A stretch of 7,930 nucleotides of DNA, taken from IMG/VR virus record IMGVR_UViG_2654587569_000015, one strand, 5' to 3'. Position numbers and translations under genes: made by a program. Below are positions 6,157-7,930 of this stretch, one piece after another. Numbering within the stretch: the stretch's first letter is position 1; each line of letters starts with the position of its first letter. The stretch is from a virus. Its lineage: Duplodnaviria > Heunggongvirae > Uroviricota > Caudoviricetes. The notes beneath the pieces are model-generated. The model ran no database searches. It was given only the letters and a program-made list of their open reading frames with translations, and was not told the DNA's origin.

Positions 6157-7235
6157 CAGAACGGGTCCTCCTGTACTCTGGCTTTTTTCTTTTTCCGCGC
6201 GCCGGGGGCTTCGGGTTCAGGCAGATAAGCATCAGGCGGGCCGACACGGATTTCCGTCAGGGTGCCGTTCTGGTCCTGAGTAAACGTGACTTCCGAAACA
6301 AGCAGTTCGGTATTGTCGAAACCACAGACCGGATCAAAGACAATCACCCGCTGGTTGGGCTGCCACAGCGTACCGTTACCCTGTCGCCAGCCCTGCACCA
6401 CATAGGTGGTTTCATCCGTCCGCGCCGCCCGTTGTCGGGATTCAAAGTCCGCACGGGCAATACAGCCTGCCCCCGTAGCCTGCCCTGTCTGCCTGATATA
6501 CATCGGACGGTAACGGGCAATAAATGCATCCTCTGTGCGGGCCCGCAGCGCGGTGGTGGTGGCCTCACCGAAATCATCGTCGTTTCCGGCACGCTGCCCC
6601 GCCACCTGGTAAACAGAAAACCGCTCCCGGATACTCTTCTCCGTATCGCAGGAAAGGATGTTTTCCCCGAGTACCAGCGCAGTATGTGCCCGCGTTGAGC
6701 CAATACCGCCAATCACCAGCCTGCCGTGCGGGTCGTCGTAAGCCAGTGCCTGCTGCTGACCGAGTATTTTGTTGATTACCTCAATCACCGTTTCACCGTG
6801 ATCAGGCTGGACGTCAGGAATAACACCCGACGGCGCACCGTTGTTCACCACCTCAATGCCGAAAGGCGCAGCAAGCGCCTGCGCAATCTGTACCAGCGAT
6901 CGTCCATTAAACTGTGTCGGTTCGGCTGCACAGTCAATCAGGTCAGCGGTCAGACTGCGTCCGGCAATACCGGTGCTGACCGAACGGGCATCGTAACGAA
7001 CGGGCGTCGCCTCCACCCAGCCGGTGATCACCAGCTCATCACCAATCAGCACCTCCACTTTTGAACCGTTTTTAATGCGCGGCTGAAGCGTGGTAATACC
7101 CTCATCTCCCGGCCACTGGCGGGTGATCTCCACACTGAAATCCCGCGCCAGCCGTTCAATACCGGCACCGATGCGCACCGATGTCCAGCCATTCCACTCC
7201 CGGCCATTTACCCGTAGCGTGACATTGTCGTTCAT
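6156..7235 (-). CDS. Mu P (gp44)-like tail / baseplate hub protein
   Basis: 359-aa ORF starting MNDNVTLRVNGREWNGW..., in the position and of the size expected for Mu P-like or P2 gpD-like baseplate hub proteins. Start overlaps the stop of the N-like gene (ATGA at 7232-7235). Confidence 0.75.
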   Translation of the reverse strand: MNDNVTLRVNGREWNGWTSVRIGAGIERLARDFSVEITRQWPGDEGITTLQPRIKNGSKVEVLIGDELVITGWVEATPVRYDARSVSTGIAGRSLTADLIDCAAEPTQFNGRSLVQIAQALAAPFGIEVVNNGAPSGVIPDVQPDHGETVIEVINKILGQQQALAYDDPHGRLVIGGIGSTRAHTALVLGENILSCDTEKSIRERFSVYQVAGQRAGNDDDFGEATTTALRARTEDAFIARYRPMYIRQTGQATGAGCIARADFESRQRAARTDETTYVVQGWRQGNGTLWQPNQRVIVFDPVCGFDNTELLVSEVTFTQDQNGTLTEIRVGPPDAYLPEPEAPGARKKKKARVQEDPF

Positions 7236-7930
7236 TGCACTGGCACCTTCAGAGGGATCACCGGCACAAAGCCGGGATGCGTAATGGCATTACGCCGGAT
7301 AATGTCCGCGTCACGCGCCGCGTTATCAAACCAGGTCGCTGCCAGCACCAGCGCGGGTAAAACCTCATCCGGTGTGCGCTGAATGATCCGTGCAGACTGT
7401 TCAAGGCGCGTGTTGATATCCGCATTCAGATCTGCTTTCACCCGGCGCAGCGCCAGAAACAGCGCATCACTGGTTGTACGGGACAACTCCTTATCAATTG
7501 CCGTATTCAGTGTGTCGCGAATGTCGGTCAGTTCTTCCCACGTTGGCAGGTCAACCGTGTTTTTCACCGCCGGTGCATTGTTCAGTGCCGGATGCGTGAC
7601 AGAAGGCCAGCCGGTGCTCTGCGCGGGTGTTGTTGACTGCCCCACTGTGGCATTCTGCATCACCGCGGAAGTTGTTGGCGCAGGCAATCTGGTGACGGCA
7701 TACGCCGCTTCGCTGATTGCGGTCGTACGAAGGGTGCTGGCAACCACATTACGCTGCTGCGTCGCCGTGGCGGTGGTTTTACTGTCCGTTTTCCAGACGC
7801 CGCGCGGTTGCAGATCGCTGCCGAGGCTGACACCGGAAAGCGTTTTGATCATGGTGACCAGGTCGCTGGCGTTACCATAAAGGCGTTTCCCGGTACGCCA
7901 CATTTTCTGCACCTGCTCAACGAAATTTTT
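7232..7930 (-). CDS. Mu N (gp43)-like DNA circularisation protein, 3' portion only (5' end lies beyond the window)
   Basis: The frame stays open from 7232 to the window edge; the track start at 7912 is a GTG and the in-frame codons 7913-7930 carry no stop. Ala/Thr-rich, helical C-terminal sequence and the position immediately upstream of the P-like gene fit Mu N. Confidence 0.7.
   Translation of the reverse strand, partial: KNFVEQVQKMWRTGKRLYGNASDLVTMIKTLSGVSLGSDLQPRGVWKTDSKTTATATQQRNVVASTLRTTAISEAAYAVTRLPAPTTSAVMQNATVGQSTTPAQSTGWPSVTHPALNNAPAVKNTVDLPTWEELTDIRDTLNTAIDKELSRTTSDALFLALRRVKADLNADINTRLEQSARIIQRTPDEVLPALVLAATWFDNAARDADIIRRNAITHPGFVPVIPLKVPVQ

Noticed and set aside
2994-7880. Numerous 60-165-aa ORFs on the opposite strand or alternative frames of the baseplate genes (e.g. 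3126-3308, 3346-3579, 3470-3769, 3745-3951, 3916-4149, 4216-4467, 4537-4743, 4637-4849, 5016-5213, 5195-5653, 5490-5777, 5935-6228, 6077-6283, 6344-6712, 6432-6698, 6524-6775, 6726-7064, 7090-7284, 7383-7880)
   Set aside because: High-GC coding DNA generates long spurious open frames. All are embedded in the contiguous, translationally coupled minus-strand baseplate operon and have Arg/Pro/Gly-rich, low-complexity translations.
1-7930. CRISPR arrays, tRNA or rRNA genes, tandem repeats
   Set aside because: No regularly spaced direct repeats, no cloverleaf-like conserved tRNA features and no rRNA-like stretches were noticed. Essentially the whole window is protein-coding apart from the short region at 1281-1336.

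Overview
This window is the tail-fibre end of a Mu-like (Mu/e14/P1-type) enterobacterial prophage tail module, followed by one compositionally foreign gene. All calls rest on reading the six-frame translations and the DNA by eye; no database search was run. On the minus strand, tightly packed and translationally coupled, are N-like (partial, 5' end beyond 7930), P-like, gp45-like, gp46-like, gp47/J-like, gp48-like, a short tail fibre and its assembly chaperone. The fibre gene is interrupted by a gix/hix-like crossover site (3256-3281) that pairs with an inverted copy at 1335-1360. Together these bound a roughly 1.95-kb invertible host-range segment carrying a silent alternative fibre tip and second tfa on the plus strand. 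A Gin/Pin/Hin-family serine invertase (723-1280, minus) sits just outside the segment and appears to carry substitutions at conserved arginine positions. Convergent to the invertase, at the window edge, is a lower-GC 231-aa ORF (1-696, plus) with an N-terminal CxxC...CxxC zinc ribbon and a C-terminal helical domain bearing a GNAAAH motif. It occupies the invertase-distal position where Mu carries mom and e14 carries mcrA, and is the best candidate here for an undescribed accessory or defence function. No rRNA, tRNA or CRISPR array was seen.
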